Assembly (NCBI RefSeq): GCF_006345805.1
Contig: NC_043015.1
Location: 35,340,001 to 35,404,000, forward strand
Source of the DNA: Octopus sinensis
Taxonomy: Eukaryota
Direction of reading: 5' to 3'
DNA length: 64,000 nt
Part shown: piece by piece, positions 12,082 through 24,808 of the stretch
Layout of the letters: each line of letters opens with the position of its first letter
How positions within the stretch are numbered: position 1 is the first letter of the stretch
The notes under the pieces: model-generated
Told to the model about the DNA's origin: nothing
Database searches by the model: none
Seen by the model: only the letters and a program-made list of their open reading frames with translations
Position numbers and translations under genes: made by a program

Positions 12082-13215
12082 TATGTGTATATATGTATAT
12101 GTAATTGAGTATATGTATATATATGTGAGAGTGTGTATGTGGATTGTGTGTGATTGTGTATGTGTGTCAGTGCTTTTGTTTTAATGTTTCCTTGCCTTGA
12201 GATATGGGGTGGTAGTTGTAAGTGTCACTGCAAGAGGTGTTCTTCTCTCCAATCTTCCTTGTAATCCTGTCTGGGTATGGTGAAATATTACCTTACTTAG
12301 AAACAGATGATTCCAGTTGTTCAAAGTGTGTCTGATCCATGTGAGTATGGAAAAGTGGATGTTTCATAAACATATATACATATTATAAGGATGTTAATAT
12401 TTTCAATTGATACATTACAACCATATCTGATTCTTCAATGATTCAATTCTGTGTATATATACATATATTTTAGTCAATTGCTGACATTTTTCAATGGCTT
12501 CTTCCATTGTGTTAATGTGCCGTTCTCTATCATTAACAAAACTGTCAGCACATTTGATAACACAGGTGTGCTAGTGATTTAATAACCAAACAGACAGAAA
12601 TAAATTGACATGCAACTTTTTCACTGTAGGCCTTGTGGATAAGAACAACATGGTTGGTAGAAAGGCTGATGAACCCAACCTCAGTACATATATCAATGAA
12701 GATCAAACTGTTAGTAAATAATAAGAGCTGATCTACTCAATGAGTACTATAAAGCTAAGTTTTTTAAGGAGCAGAACTAGAATACCAGTTTCAGTCATAC
12801 TAGACAAAGAGAATCATATAAGTTCATTGTTATGATATCCAGTAAATTGTCAATATGGTTAAACCACAAACTATTAACTTTTTCTTTGCAAGGTAACTAG
12901 ACAGATTAGAGGGTCATAGCCTGATTTTTACCAATAATGCAGAAGATTGATTTTGCATATACCTATATAAATATAGCAGAATGTGTATATACAAACTGGT
13001 TTCTATTCAGAAATGTTACAATACTCAACCAAAATTTTGATCTAAACTAAATTGATCTGGTGACATGATCATTTAGCAGTGTTCTACATACGGCCAAACA
13101 TGGCCTGTTTGAAATTAAGCAACCACAACAAGAATCATAACAATGCATTTGTATATTTTGGTTCCATGATTTAGTTTAGTTAATCACAACTTTTACAAGA
13201 GAAATCATCAAATAC

Positions 13216-13383
13216 CTGCATTATGAATTTAACCATTTCCATGAATGTTTTCAATTTAGATTTTTGGTAAACTTCCCAGTTTGACTCATGAATATTGAAC
13301 CATCCTTTACCAATGTCTCTAAGGCTTGTTCTAATTGCAGCGCGGAGAGTGGATATCCAACTATCTTTCAAAAATAAGGAAAT
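13216..13383 (-). CDS. DNAH1: DNAH1 coding exon 10
   Basis: TTCTTTTCTTAG|ATT...CAG|GTATTT, phase 0 to 0. ISLFLKDSWISTLRAAIRTSLRDIGKGWFNIHESNWEVYQKSKLKTFMEMVKFIMQ matches human VQMFLKDSWISSLKVAMRSSLRDMSKGWYNLYETNWEVYLMSKLRKLMELVKYMLQ. Confidence 0.96.
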
Positions 13384-13685
13384 CTAAGAAAAGAATTCAA
13401 GAAAATTTTTGAATTAAAAGTTATCATTAATTAGCAACACATCTCAATTTCAAAAACATCTATTTGTTGTACTTGCCAGTAGTCTGGGTACACAATATCA
13501 GCTAAATGTAATAAATGTAATAAATGTAATAAAGCAACAAAGAATGTCTTAAATAAAGATGCAGTATGTGAGATAAATGCAATGAGCTAAAAGAGCTATT
13601 TTATCTGTTCAGCTACTACAACTCTCCAGGAATAACATGATGTCATAGTCAGAGATATTATATATTTAAACTTCAACCAATCCAG

Positions 13686-14194
13686 AGATGTTTTTGATCT
13701 AGTTTGGATTCTTTGCCAACAAATTTGAATTTTTCAATTGGTGCTCAAGCCTTGAAAAAAAAAAGAGTTAAACTACATCAGCTGTAAGGGAATACATGCC
13801 TATCTTATCTAACTAATCCAGTAGAGCCCACCAATTGATATCTGAAAAGTTCGATGAAATAACTCATGAACACTGCCATAGCTTCTACCAAAAGATGCTC
13901 CGTTCTGAACAAGGGGAGATCATAAACGAATGATGCTTTTTCTATTATCTCCCCTTGTTCAGACCGATCGACCTAATGGAGCATCTTTTGGTAGAAGCTA
14001 TGGCAGTGTTCATGAGTTATTTTATCGAACTTTTCAGATATCAATTGGTGGGCTCTACTGGACGAGTTAGATAAGATAGACATGTATTCCCTTACGGCTG
14101 ATGTAGTTTAACTCTGTTTTTTTTTCAAGGCTTGAGCACCAATTGAAAATTTCAAATTTGATTGCAAAGAATCCAAATTAGATTGAAAACATCT
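13686..14194. repeat. 509-bp fold-back element, ~235-bp inverted arms (MITE-like)
   Basis: Arms 13686 to ~13921 and ~13945 to 14194 are reverse complements with scattered substitutions, e.g. GGTGCTCAAGCCTTGAAAAAA and TTTTTTCAAGGCTTGAGCACC. Confidence 0.92.
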
Positions 14195-14253
14195 ATATTT
14201 ACATATAGGAGGAAAAGAAAAATCCGATATAAAATTCAAAATAATGCAGAAAC

Positions 14254-14468
14254 CTGAGCAGTTGCTTGAGATTGTGTTTGTTCAAATTCATCAATTTTCA
14301 AGGGTTTTGTAGTGGGCACATGAAAAAGGGACATAGAGGCCACTTTGTTACACTCTGTACGCAGCTTCACACATGTATGAACAGTTTCCTCCCGTGTCAG
14401 CAAGGATGTGAAAGCAAACTTATCGTATTGTTCTTCAAATGGGTAATCTGGAACATCCCCACAGACAC
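14254..14468 (-). CDS. DNAH1: DNAH1 coding exon 9
   Basis: TTTAG|GT...CAG|GTTTCT, phase 1 to 0. VCGDVPDYPFEEQYDKFAFTSLLTREETVHTCVKLRTECNKVASMSLFHVPTTKPLKIDEFEQTQSQATAQ matches human LVSVPKYHFWEQKEDFTFVSLLTRPEVITALSKVRAECNKVTAMSLFHSSLSKYSHLEEFEQIQSQTFSQ. Confidence 0.95.
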
Positions 14469-15912
14469 CTAAATTAAGAGAAGCATTTATTCATTAGTCT
14501 TTAAAATTCCTTCAACTAACTTAGTCACACCAACAGCAAAGAAACTAAACTACTGTCTCAATTTTGCCAATCTAAGAAAACAATCATGACCATTCTCTCT
14601 CTAACAAATTAATAAAAATTCTATGCATTATTTTAAATTTTTATCTCAATGCCAAATATTCTTGGATCCATAATATAATTAGATTGTGTTACTGAAGGAG
14701 GAATTCCTGCATTGTAAGAGCAGTTATAAGTGTTGGGTGGTAGTCAGGTTGGTTGGTTGATTTCTTCTGTTACATTTTACCTCATTGAGAGAGAGAAAGA
14801 GAGAGAGAGTAAGTGAGAGATACAAAAAGAGTTAACATATGAAGTACAGAATGAGTGCATATACTAGGCTTCGTGACAGGCAATAAGTAGAAGAACATTA
14901 CACACACATACATTTTGAAAGAGAAAGAATCATAGAAACAGAGGAGCAGGGGAGGAGGCAGAAAAGGAGGAGATGACAGAATATTTATTCAACTGAGAAA
15001 TTTGTTTTATTTAAATTAATTATAAGTAATAAATATTTTTCTTTATAAAATCCTTTTTCATTTTGTCATTCAGTATAAACAACAAAAAATTTGATAAGAG
15101 TTATATTCATTGTATGTATACTATATTTTATATCACCCACAGCAACAAAAATATACTTCAAAAGTTACACATCATATGATGGGTTGCACTGTTGCATATC
15201 TTTAATTTTGTCTTAAAATCTAAAAGACAAAGATTGATTACAATCCAAGATTATTAATCTTTCTAATACACACTTTTAGTTTTGGTTACAACATATGTAT
15301 TACCAATACCCTTGATTCTTCTTTTCTTGTTAAGATCAAAGAAATTGAAGTGGTTTTACAGATATGACATTAGTTGAGTAGAGATAGATGGATGTATGGC
15401 CATGGATGAATGGATTGATGGATGGAAGGAGAGATATATGTATGTATGGATGGTCAGATGGCTGAATAAATATTTTATTTGCCAATCAACATTGACATAT
15501 GTTATCAGAATAAAAAGTGAATCAAAGAATTGCTTTTAATCTCTAAAGACATGAAAGATCAGTTACTTCAACCACTTAGTATTGTTAAATTAGTATTTAA
15601 AAAATTAGCACAATTGCTGACTAACTGTGAAAAATTAATTATCTATTCTCTCAAACATTTTACTGATAATATTTTACATAACCCTTTAGCATGCAAATTA
15701 TTTTGTCAAATGTAATAATTATTTATTCTCATCTGTTTTGAATTAACCATGCATTATCTCATAGCTTCAAGATTTCAATGATGTGATTGTTTTTAAAATT
15801 ATTTTGTTGGTTATGCGTGAAACACTAGAAACTGGTTGAATATTTAGGCTTAATTCTGTTAATTATATTGTTTTACAGTTACATATTTTCTTTGAGAAAA
15901 AACAATGATCAC

Positions 15913-16070
15913 CTTTTGTTGAAAGCTTTTCAACAATTGGTTCAGGCTGTGTTACAAATGTAAAAGTTATTGGATCATCCCTTACAGTTTTGTCAAATAT
16001 TATCTTGTTCATTGTTCTACAAAAATCTATATTCACTTCTTTCTCCAAGAGTTGGACATGATCTTCAAGA
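15913..16070 (-). CDS. DNAH1: DNAH1 coding exon 8
   Basis: TTTTCAACAG|T...AAAG|GTGATC, phase 2 to 1. LEDHVQLLEKEVNIDFCRTMNKIIFDKTVRDDPITFTFVTQPEPIVEKLSTK matches human LEHLSSLAREVSLDYERSMNKINFDHVVSSKPETFSYVTLP. Confidence 0.93.
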
Positions 16071-16229
16071 CTGTTGAAAAGAGAAAAATTAACATAGAAA
16101 CGTAAAAGTTGTGTGAAAATGAATAAAAAGCTAAATGCTAGTAGATAGTCCAACAGATAATAACAATAACAATATATTTCTGATGTCGTTTATTACTCCT
16201 TAAGGAGTCATTCAACAGTATCATACTTT

Positions 16230-16830
16230 CTTCTTATTAAAGCACCATGGGCTGCTCTCCAAACTCCAACAGCTAACTCTCATCTTACATTAGGATACCT
16301 TTCTTGCTTTGTGTCCTTCTTGAGATAGCTGAATTTTATGTTCACAGTTCATCCCAGCTTCCCATATTCCTTTCAAATCATTTCTACTGGCACAGAGGCT
16401 CACCAATTTATTTACATTTACTTGATTCCACATGCACTAATTCAAGCAGCTATGGACTTCATTTGGATTCCAGAAGATGTTCAACAAATGCTCCTGTGTT
16501 ACTATGACAACTTGAAGAAGATGAGATTTACAATAGGAAAGTTCAGTGGAGTGGCAACGGCTTGAAGTAGGTATTGCAGCCGGATGCACAATATCAGTCA
16601 TCTTATTTGCGCTAGTCATGGAGATGTTACTAAGATCAACAAACTGTGAGAAATCTGTTACAAAGACACCATTAAGGGCTATTATGGATGACGTAACTGT
16701 ATTATCAGAAAGTAGAGAAGCAGCAGATGGAATGTTAGAGTGTTTGGACAAACTAACAGGATGGGCGAGAATGAAAGTCAAAGTTAAATTTGATGGGATT
16801 TGGTCCCACAATATAAAGTGTTAAAGCAAA
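16230..16830 (+). mobile_element. Hero/R2-like (RLE-type) non-LTR reverse transcriptase remnant
   Basis: IPHALIQAAMDFIWIPEDVQQMLLCYYDN..MRFT and EWQRLEVGIAAGCTISVILFALVMEMLL...AIMDDVTVL. The clade call is from recalled motif similarity. Confidence 0.7.
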
Positions 16831-16989
16831 TACGGCAGGGAAGTTTTTCCAGCACTTTTCATGATTCTGCCAGCACATCAGCTTTGGCTTCTTATTGAGG
16901 CACAAAGCTATCAATTTTGGTGGAAAATTGTTAGTCATTTATACAAACATGTACCAAAATTCCATCCACCCATTTTCTCTGCCCACTTT

Positions 16990-18215
16990 TCTTGGGTGTG
17001 TCATGGCAGTGTGTGTAGAAACCTAAGGCACTTTCTCCATAGGGTCCTGTCAGAGGCTATCATTATTACACTTTCCTGCTGGATTCCCAAATATGACCAA
17101 GTGAGACAATGGATATTATCTAACCATCTCATTCTTAGTCTCTCCCAAGGTTTCAGAGTTTGTCTTCCAATTCTTTCCTATGAAATTCTAATCACATGTC
17201 CATAGTAACCAAGTTGTGGCTTCTCAATGTGGTGAAGTAGGAGCTGACCTGCAGAGACATCTTGATATCTAAACAATACTCTCTGTCAAGTAATGTTACT
17301 TTAGAGAAACCTTATTCCAGTTGCATGTATTCACAATTGTACTCTTTGTCATTGCCCAACATTTATGACGAAAGGCGAGGATAGGTACAGGAACCAAGCT
17401 GAAGGCGGCAAGTTTGCCTCTTTGCCAACCTCTCTTCTTCTGAGAATCAAATGGTGAAGCTGGTGCATTACTGTACTAGCACCTGAGATTCTAGTATCCA
17501 ATTCAGTCTCCTGCATCCCATCAATCACGAATATGTTCCCAAGATACTCAAACTTCTCCACTAGCATGCAGTGGCAACACTAATTCTCATTCCCACCTTG
17601 CATCCTCAGCAGAGGGTCAATTCAATGCATGCTGGCTTCCCTTCAGAGGAGCCAAGTAGAACCAATCTCATTTGCAAACAGCACCTGACTGATTCTACAC
17701 TCACTAACTGTGATATGACTTCTGCAACAGCTGCACCGGTCAATCCAGTTCATAAAAATTATGAAAAGGTCCAGTGACAATATATGACCCTGCCCAAATC
17801 CAACACCCATGTTGAAAGGTTTCAACTTAGCACCATTTATCGAAACACAAATATCTGGGCATTGTATAGGGTCTTCATGGCAACCACAAGTTGCTCATTA
17901 TTCTTAAACTCCTGTGAAACCCTCCACTGCATGTCTTGTGGCTTGTGGTCATATGCCTTCTCAAAGTCTACAAAGTAAGTAGACTTGGTAATATTGTCCC
18001 TAGGCAATATTAGCAAGATTTCTCAAAACATGCCATAGATTGAATATCTGATCATTTGTACAGAGTTCAGGAAGAAAGCTAACGCTGTTCTTCAGCTAGC
18101 TTGGACTTAACAATTTCCCTGCAGTTCTTTCCCAGACTCCTGGCATTACTTTGCTTGGAAAGCTCAATAAGGCAATTCCTCTATAATTAGAGCATTCTCT
18201 CTTGTCCACCGAAAC
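16990..18215 (-). mobile_element. Degenerate RTE LINE reverse transcriptase
   Basis: DFEKAYD, KPFNMGVGFGQGHILSLDLFIIFMNWIDRCS, QVLFANE and VEKFEYLG fragments across frames. Confidence 0.75.
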
Positions 18216-18225
18216 TGCTAGCCTA

Positions 18226-18320
18226 AAATAAAGGACCAGTACTTGACTGGTACTTTATTTTATCGATCCCAAAGGAATAAAAGGCAAAGTTGATCTTGGC
18301 AGGAGTTAAACTCAGAATAT
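18226..18320 (-). mobile_element. SINE central-domain fragment (CCTTTCATCCTTTCGGGGTCGATAAAATAAGTACCAG family)
   Basis: The same motif recurs at ~29480-29620 (+), ~35960-36070 (-), ~42420-42620 (+), ~49080-49160 (-) and ~49430-49600 (-). Confidence 0.6.
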
Positions 18321-19197
18321 AAATATTTGGATGAAATATAACAAGACCATTTATCCAAAACTCAAACTGTTTTGTCAATCCATAGCCCTAATTAAGTAAA
18401 AATAATTCAAAGATATCCTACAACACAGAGAGAAATGCAGACAACTGCCACCTAGCAGGAGTGTATCATTCATAACTAAAGCTCTTGTAAAATTGCCATT
18501 ATTAGAGTAAAATATGTTTACTGGTTCTGTCTCTATCCCAACAGAAGCCATGTAGTTTGGTGTAATTTTACTGAATTCTAAATTTGAACAGTCAGATCTG
18601 ATACTAAACAAGAGATTAATTAATTAAAGTTATGCTCAATAAAGAGAACATTTCATTTTAGCTTTGATGATTGATTTCTGTCAACAAAAGAAATAAAAAA
18701 TCTCCAAAATTGTAAATTGAATGGGGTCATGCAGTGGAGAGGAAATTCCATCTTTGCAAGTATGGAGACTACTCCAAACCTATTTTGGGAGAATAATAAC
18801 AAGAGGTTATTAAAAAAATATTCACTGATTTGGCACTTTTGGAAAAACATCTGACTACTCTCTCACCATCTCCCTACAGCACACACTCACACACACACAC
18901 ATCAAATCCCCATTTGACCACTCCTACCCATCTTAAATGCTGACTGTCACAATTCTTCTCTCTAAAGTATAGTAAGGTAACTTTCTCATTATGCATTTCC
19001 CCAAAGATTTGGAAACAAAATAGTATAACCTATAAAATGCCCCAAAAAATAATTATGAGAAATTTAGAGCAAAGTTGTCAGCTTATGAGATCCATCCGTT
19101 TTTACTAATATAGATTATTCCAAAACATTTTCTTTTGTTTTATATTCACTAAACATAGTAAAAATAGAAGAGAATTTTAAGATAAAATAATTTTTAC

Positions 19198-19444
19198 TTT
19201 TTGTCTTTGTAAATTCCACTTGTGTTTTTTGCCCATTCTGTCATTCTCTTGAGAGATGCCTGATCAAGTTCACCCACTCCATCCATTGGCATGCAATCAA
19301 CATAAAGATGATAACGTAACAAAGCTTCTGTCGTTTTCCGCTGTTTGACAGCTTCAGCAATACGTTTGGCAAACACTCGAGGGTCTTCAGCACAAAACAT
19401 TAAATAAATCCTTGGTGTCCATGACTGGTTTTCTGCTAATATAA
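19198..19444 (-). CDS. DNAH1: DNAH1 coding exon 7
   Basis: TTTTCCAG|TT...AA|GTAAAA, phase 1 to 2. ILAENQSWTPRIYLMFCAEDPRVFAKRIAEAVKQRKTTEALLRYHLYVDCMPMDGVGELDQASLKRMTEWAKNT matches human YWVPRIQLLFCAEDPCMFAQRVVQANALRKNTEALLLYNLYVDCMP. Confidence 0.96.
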
Positions 19445-19619
19445 CTGGAAAAGCATAATGACAATGGCTAGAAATAGCAAATTTGTGTGTATATGTAAGT
19501 GTGTGTGTGTAAAGGGCCTTAAAGTAAAAGGATTTAATAAGCAAGAAAACGATACTTCTGATGACAGCCAAACCAAAATTCCAGCCATTAAGCAATGCGA
19601 GAGTTGAAGTAAGCTTAAT

Positions 19620-21420
19620 GATTGAATTTGTCAAGCATTGTACATAAGACTGGCTGAAAAAAACACAAGATCACCCTCTAAGAAAAACAAGAGGTAAAAA
19701 CAAATGGAGAAATTATGGAACAAGAAAGGAAATTTGGAAAGACAGTTATGCACCACAAATTCTGAAGATAAAGCAGGATTACGGAAGATCTGGAAATACC
19801 TCAAAGAAAGGTAGAATACAAGAAGAGATGACTGCAATTAAAGAGACAGCAAGAAATGTTCTTCCGGGAGCCTTACAAGTATACCAGGAGCCTCTTCAGT
19901 TAAAATCAGATGCATTCTGAACAGAGAAGGTCACTCTGAGAGAGTGACTTGATGAATAAGACATATTCAGAGTCCAAGCGGCACATTCCCCTGAGCACAT
20001 TGCAAACGTGGTGGTAGCCCAACCATACTAGAGAAGAAAGTAACATCACATCTCCAACATTTTAAGTCAGCAAGTGGTTAAGAAAGCTAGGAAAAAGTCT
20101 GCCTTTGTTTTGAACAGAATAAACTTTTCTGGCTCAAAGGTCTTCAGAGGGTTACATGTTAAATAAATTTACTATAGAGCTTTCATGTCAGTTGCCAGGG
20201 GCTGAAAGCAGCTAGTAGGTACATTCCCAAAGAACAGTACTCAGAGAATGTGATCTAGTTCTACTTAATTTCACTTTTGAATGAAGAAGGAAAGATATAG
20301 GCGCAGGAGTGGCTGTATGGTAAGTAGCTTGCTAACCAACCACATGGTTCCGGGTTCAGTCCCACTGCGTGGCATCTTGGGCAAGTGTCTTCTGCTATAG
20401 CCCTGGGCTGACCAATGCCTTGTGAGTGGATTTGGTAGACGGAAACTGAAAGAAGCCTGTCGTATATATGTATATATATATATAAGTGTGTGTGTATATG
20501 TTTGTGTGTCTGTGTTTGTCCTCCTAGCATTGCTTGACAACCGATGCTGGTGTGTTTACGTCCCCGTCACTTAGCGGTTTGGCAAAAGAGACCGATAGAA
20601 TAAGTACTGGGCTTACAAAGAATAAGTCCCGGGGTCGATTTGCTCGACTAAAGGTGGTGCTCCAGCATGGCCGCAGTCAAATGACTGAAACAAGTAAAAG
20701 AGAAAAGAGAAAGAGAATATTCTTCATAATGATAGCATCAAGATTATCTATCTACTCAGCAACAGCTACATTGGTGCATCAATTACGAAGGATGCTGTCT
20801 CTAGTGTAGCTGGTTGCCTGGAACATGGAGGTATGATCTGGGAAGCCATCTAGCAAGCAAAGGAGAGCAAGATTCACTTGGATGGGATGTGGCTGGGTTT
20901 GGCAAAAACTTATGATTTCGTACTCCACCAGATGATACAAATGTTTTCCCAGACGTACCATATTTTGAAGAGAATATCCAAAATATTTTATGTGTTTTTC
21001 ACCAGATTGAAGATGTATTTAGCACCAGAGAATACACAACCAAGCTAGAATGGAGGTGGAAATCACAAAGAGATGCACAATATTCTTTATTCTGGTGATG
21101 TAGGTGCTTCTCAGAGATGTAGGAAGCAAAGCAAAACCTGCAGAACTTGGCAAATGTCAAATGTCACTGCTACAGGCTACAAAGCTGTCAGAGGCTTGTA
21201 ATTTGCTCAGACAAATGGATGGCATAATAACCTTCAGACTGAAGAAGTCTGGAATTCTCCCTGAGGAAAGGGAAAGTGAGTCAAGAAATCAGCTTCGAAG
21301 TGGGTGGCAAAAGGAACCCTACATTATCAAAACAGTCCAGGAAGAATCTGGGAGATGGCACAATGAGACTTTAATAGACACCAAACAAGAGAAAGAATTC
21401 ACTAAATCAGTCTGATGTTG
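19620..21420 (+). mobile_element. Hero-like non-LTR retrotransposon remnant, split by a SINE insertion
   Basis: FREPYKYTRSLF at ~19860 and a decayed WL.LAKTY..V.HQMIQ...YHI RT segment at ~20880-21000. Heavily degenerate. Confidence 0.55.
20300..20712 (+). mobile_element. Full-length tRNA-derived SINE
   Basis: Head GGCGCAGGAGTGGCTGTATGGTAAGTAGC...GGGTTCAGTCCC (A/B-box-like), body TTGGGCAAGTGTCTTCT..TATAGCC, internal (TA/TG)n and a purine-rich tail. Related pieces at ~21585-21745, ~52105-52190 (-) and ~56190-56340. Confidence 0.85.
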
Positions 21421-21764
21421 CCCTATACTGCCGAGAGGCAAAGTTGAAGTTGCCACTTACATCAACTGTAGAAGAGTACAAGGCAAAGGTGATGAGATGG
21501 CATTAATGCATGTGCATGCATGTGTACATGCACATGCATGAATGCTTTGTACTTGTTCCCACATCCTACTGTTTGACAACTTGGATTGGTTTATTCACAT
21601 TCTTGTAACTAAGAAGTTCAGTAAAAGAGAATATTAGAATAAGTACCACACAAAATTAGGACTGTAGTTGATTTGTTCAACTAAACCTTTTAAAGTTGTG
21701 CCCCAGCATGGCCTCAGTTCCATGATTGAAACAAGTAAAAAAATAAGAGAGAAAAAGTATTTAC

Positions 21765-21917
21765 CATTTTCAGGATCTGTTATCCCTACAACAAGATTGC
21801 CATCATCATCAATTAAACGACCTTCAGAATTAACTTCTTGAACAAAATATTCTTTGGTTTCAGCTTTGTAGCCTAGCACTCCAACTTTCTTCCAAGTGTG
21901 AGAACTTACAGGAACAC
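21765..21917 (-). CDS. DNAH1: DNAH1 coding exon 6
   Basis: TTGTTATCAG|GT...AATG|GTAAAT, phase 1 to 1. VPVSSHTWKKVGVLGYKAETKEYFVQEVNSEGRLIDDDGNLVVGITDPEN matches human YKWCEVGVLDYDEEKKLYLVHKTDEKGLVRDEMGRPIL. Confidence 0.93.
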
Positions 21918-22765
21918 CTGATAACAAAAAATTATGGTTACAAAATAATGTCTATAACCCGGCATGTTTAGATGTGGCTATGACAAAGCCTTCTAAGTTT
22001 GGCACAGATCCAGAATTTTGTGTGAAGCAGACGAACATTTGATGAGGTCAGCTCTTGTATTTCACTGTTGTTGATTTTAGTAATTCCAAATGACAAAAAG
22101 AAGTTTCATGCAAGCAGGACTTAAAACATAAAAGCCATAGGTATATTCTGCCAAAAGAAGATCAATATAACAAGTCACTCTTTTTCTATTTCAATAAATA
22201 CTTATATATATATATATCCTAGGAAATTTATAGATAGAAAGGTAGTCTTACAACAGTTTCAAGGAAATAAATGATATTCTATCATTAGAAACAAGTTAAA
22301 AGTGCATCAAAGGAAAGAATTAGTGGAGTTCACTTTTTTAGAAGTTATTCCAGAGAGAGAGTGATATACAAGAAATTAGATATAATGCAGAAAATGTAAA
22401 AGGAAAATATGAAAATAAAAATACATGTAGAATGTTGAAGTTTCTGTTCCGTTATCCAAGAAATGTGTTGTGTAGAATACATAAAGAGTCTTCTTGCCCA
22501 TGATGTGTAAAGTCTGATAAGAACTCATGTGTTGTTATTTCAAATGCAGGTATTAATTCCATGTGCCGTTCATTCAAAAGGATCTTGTAGTATGTTCCTT
22601 TTGTGTATGTGTGTGTGTATGTATGTATATGTATGTTGGGGACAGTGGTGGTGGTGGTAGTAGTAGTAGAGCTCTGAAGTATTACAGTAATATAGGAGAT
22701 AAGTATAAAGTAAAAATAAACGAAAAATTTTGGAGAGATGAAGATAATACAAGTTAAAGAAATAC

Positions 22766-23055
22766 CTTGATCCTCCTTTGGATGATTCTTTAAAAAAGCA
22801 AGTCCTGGAACTGGTTTCAAAATATTGTTTTCTTCTCCCATACGTACCCATTCATAGGGTGTGCGGCAGTCATATTCTTCATTATCAAAGATCTCAAGTG
22901 GAAGATATGTTTTGAAAGGAGTTGTTCGTTCTTCAATTATATCTATATTTTTAGATTCAGAATCAAAAATATTTATAGGGATCAATTCATCACATGAAAT
23001 TCCTTCAGCAGTGAGTAAATCAGTGAGGTTAAGACTTGCGTAGAGACGTCGTCTT
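22766..23055 (-). CDS. DNAH1: DNAH1 coding exon 5
   Basis: TTTGTTTACAG|A...CAAG|GTATTT, phase 2 to 1. RRRLYASLNLTDLLTAEGISCDELIP...FKTYLPLEIFDNEEYDCRTPYEWVRMGEENNILKPVPGLAFL matches human FPIYLPLKVFDNEDFDCRTPREWINMGLEPGSLDRKPVPGKALL. Confidence 0.96.
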
Positions 23056-23289
23056 CTGTAAACAAAACAGAGACAACAAAAGATGTCAGGGTGATTAGGT
23101 GATGGTCTAGGGCTTAGGGGTGGGAGACTCCAGACCTTGGAAAAAAAAAAAAACTTTGGTCATCTTGTTGTAGTCGAGGGCTCTTTGTTGACGCCTGACA
23201 CCACTGGGAGGTGGCCCTCCAAGTCGCCGGAAATGGAGATCTCCAGGTCCAAATTCTTGAACGGCCGATGCCAGTGCTGCCTGACTGGC

Positions 23290-23615
23290 TCCCTTGCAGG
23301 TTGTATGTAAAAAGTACCATTCAAGTGTTCTCATTGCCAGTGCTGACTGACTGGCTCCTGTGCTGGTGGCACGTAAAAAACACCATTCAAGCATGGTTGA
23401 TGCCAGCACCACCTGACTAAGCCTTGTGCCAGTGGTACGTAAAAAGCACCCACTACACTCTCAGAGTGGTTGGCGTTAGGAAGGGCATTCAGATGTAGAA
23501 ACCTTGCTAGATCAGATTGGAGCCTGGTACAGCTTCCTTGCTTGCCAGTCCTCTGTTAAACTGTTCAAAACATGCCAGCAGGGAGAGCAGGCATTAAACG
23601 ATGATGATGAGGATG
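23290..23615 (+). mobile_element. RTE-tail non-autonomous element/SINE copy
   Basis: Conserved body with internal tandem units and a (GAT)n tail. Confidence 0.8.
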
Positions 23616-23724
23616 ACAAACTTCAATACATGTCAGGTACATTTTGTAATAATTATAATCTAAAATATTTAATCATCAAATAGCACAAGGTATAAAATAT
23701 ATAATAGCAGGTGTGGCATGTTAC

Positions 23725-23813
23725 CTTTCAATTTCAATTTTTCGTGGACATTTTCCAGTAGGTGTATAGTATGGCAGCTGAACTTTTGCTTCAAAAGATT
23801 TCCATGGAAAATC
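23725..23813 (-). CDS. DNAH1: DNAH1 coding exon 4
   Basis: CTTTCTCATCAG|GAT...GAAAG|GTAACA, phase 0 to 2. DFPWKSFEAKVQLPYYTPTGKCPRKIEIE matches human DFPLQAYEPKMQVPFQVLPGQHPRKIEIE. Confidence 0.92.
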
Positions 23814-24808
23814 CTGATGAGAAAGGCATGGATTTCCTGATTACCATCAATTGAATATTTTGGGGCTGGCTCATAATTAAAATATACAGCTGAATACAAA
23901 AACAAGTAACACACTATTGTTCTTAAAAAAATAATGTTTTCTAAGATGGTTGTTGTCTTAGAGTAATCTGAACTAAGTAGGAAAATGAATGAAAATTATC
24001 TAAAATTATACAAAAATATATTTATCAAAGAACCAAATTATTCATGGCTACAGAGGCAGAAATTGCATTTGTTCTGAAAATGAAAGCATATTTTGTTTTC
24101 TGAATCCTGTTTTTGCAAATATTTCAAACAAAAATTGATGGTAAAAACCAAAAGGCAACAATTTGCAAGATTTAAACTGCTTGTGTTTTATCTACTCAAA
24201 TCTTTTACAAGTAACAGTAAACGACTGAAATGTTTGAAATACAGAGTAGCATGGACAGTGACAAGGATATCATTCCTGGCGGAGTCAATGTAGTTAGAAA
24301 TGGATATAAGTTCAAGTTTAGAATTTAACAACAAGCAGACAACTGTCCATAGTTACATAGAAAAATTGTTTTCCTTTAAATAGCTAAATATAAAATTTGG
24401 CTCTTTTCAAGAAGATTGCTAAAATGAGGATTGTATTATATCAATGAACATACTATAGAAATTTTCTATAGGAATATACTAAACACTGCAAATTACTTTG
24501 ATCAATATTCTATGTCAAATGTTTATCTCCAGTAAATGTCATTATAACTGATACGGTAAAATGAATGTTAAAGGTTTATAAAAATCCTGATCGGGCTCCT
24601 TTTCATTTAATTATTAACCTTCTTGCATATCATCATTTCTACAGAAGATTTTGTACTTTTACAAATATATTTTTTAGAACAAGATAGTCATAAATAGTTA
24701 AAGAGATTCTGTGAAGTCATTTAATGTGCTGATGTAGCAGCTAAATCTTACTCAGTGTTTTCCCATGTTATCTATAAAACTGGGAATAAGATTTGAAAAA
24801 GTACTAAC

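Noticed and set aside
20300-20375. tRNA-like sequences (also ~29921-29970, ~52105-52190, ~55925-55985)
   Set aside because: No complete cloverleaf or acceptor stem, and each continues into a SINE body; these are SINE heads, not tRNA genes.
24060-24300. Higher-complexity intronic stretch possibly from a DNA transposase
   Set aside because: No motif I can assign in any frame.
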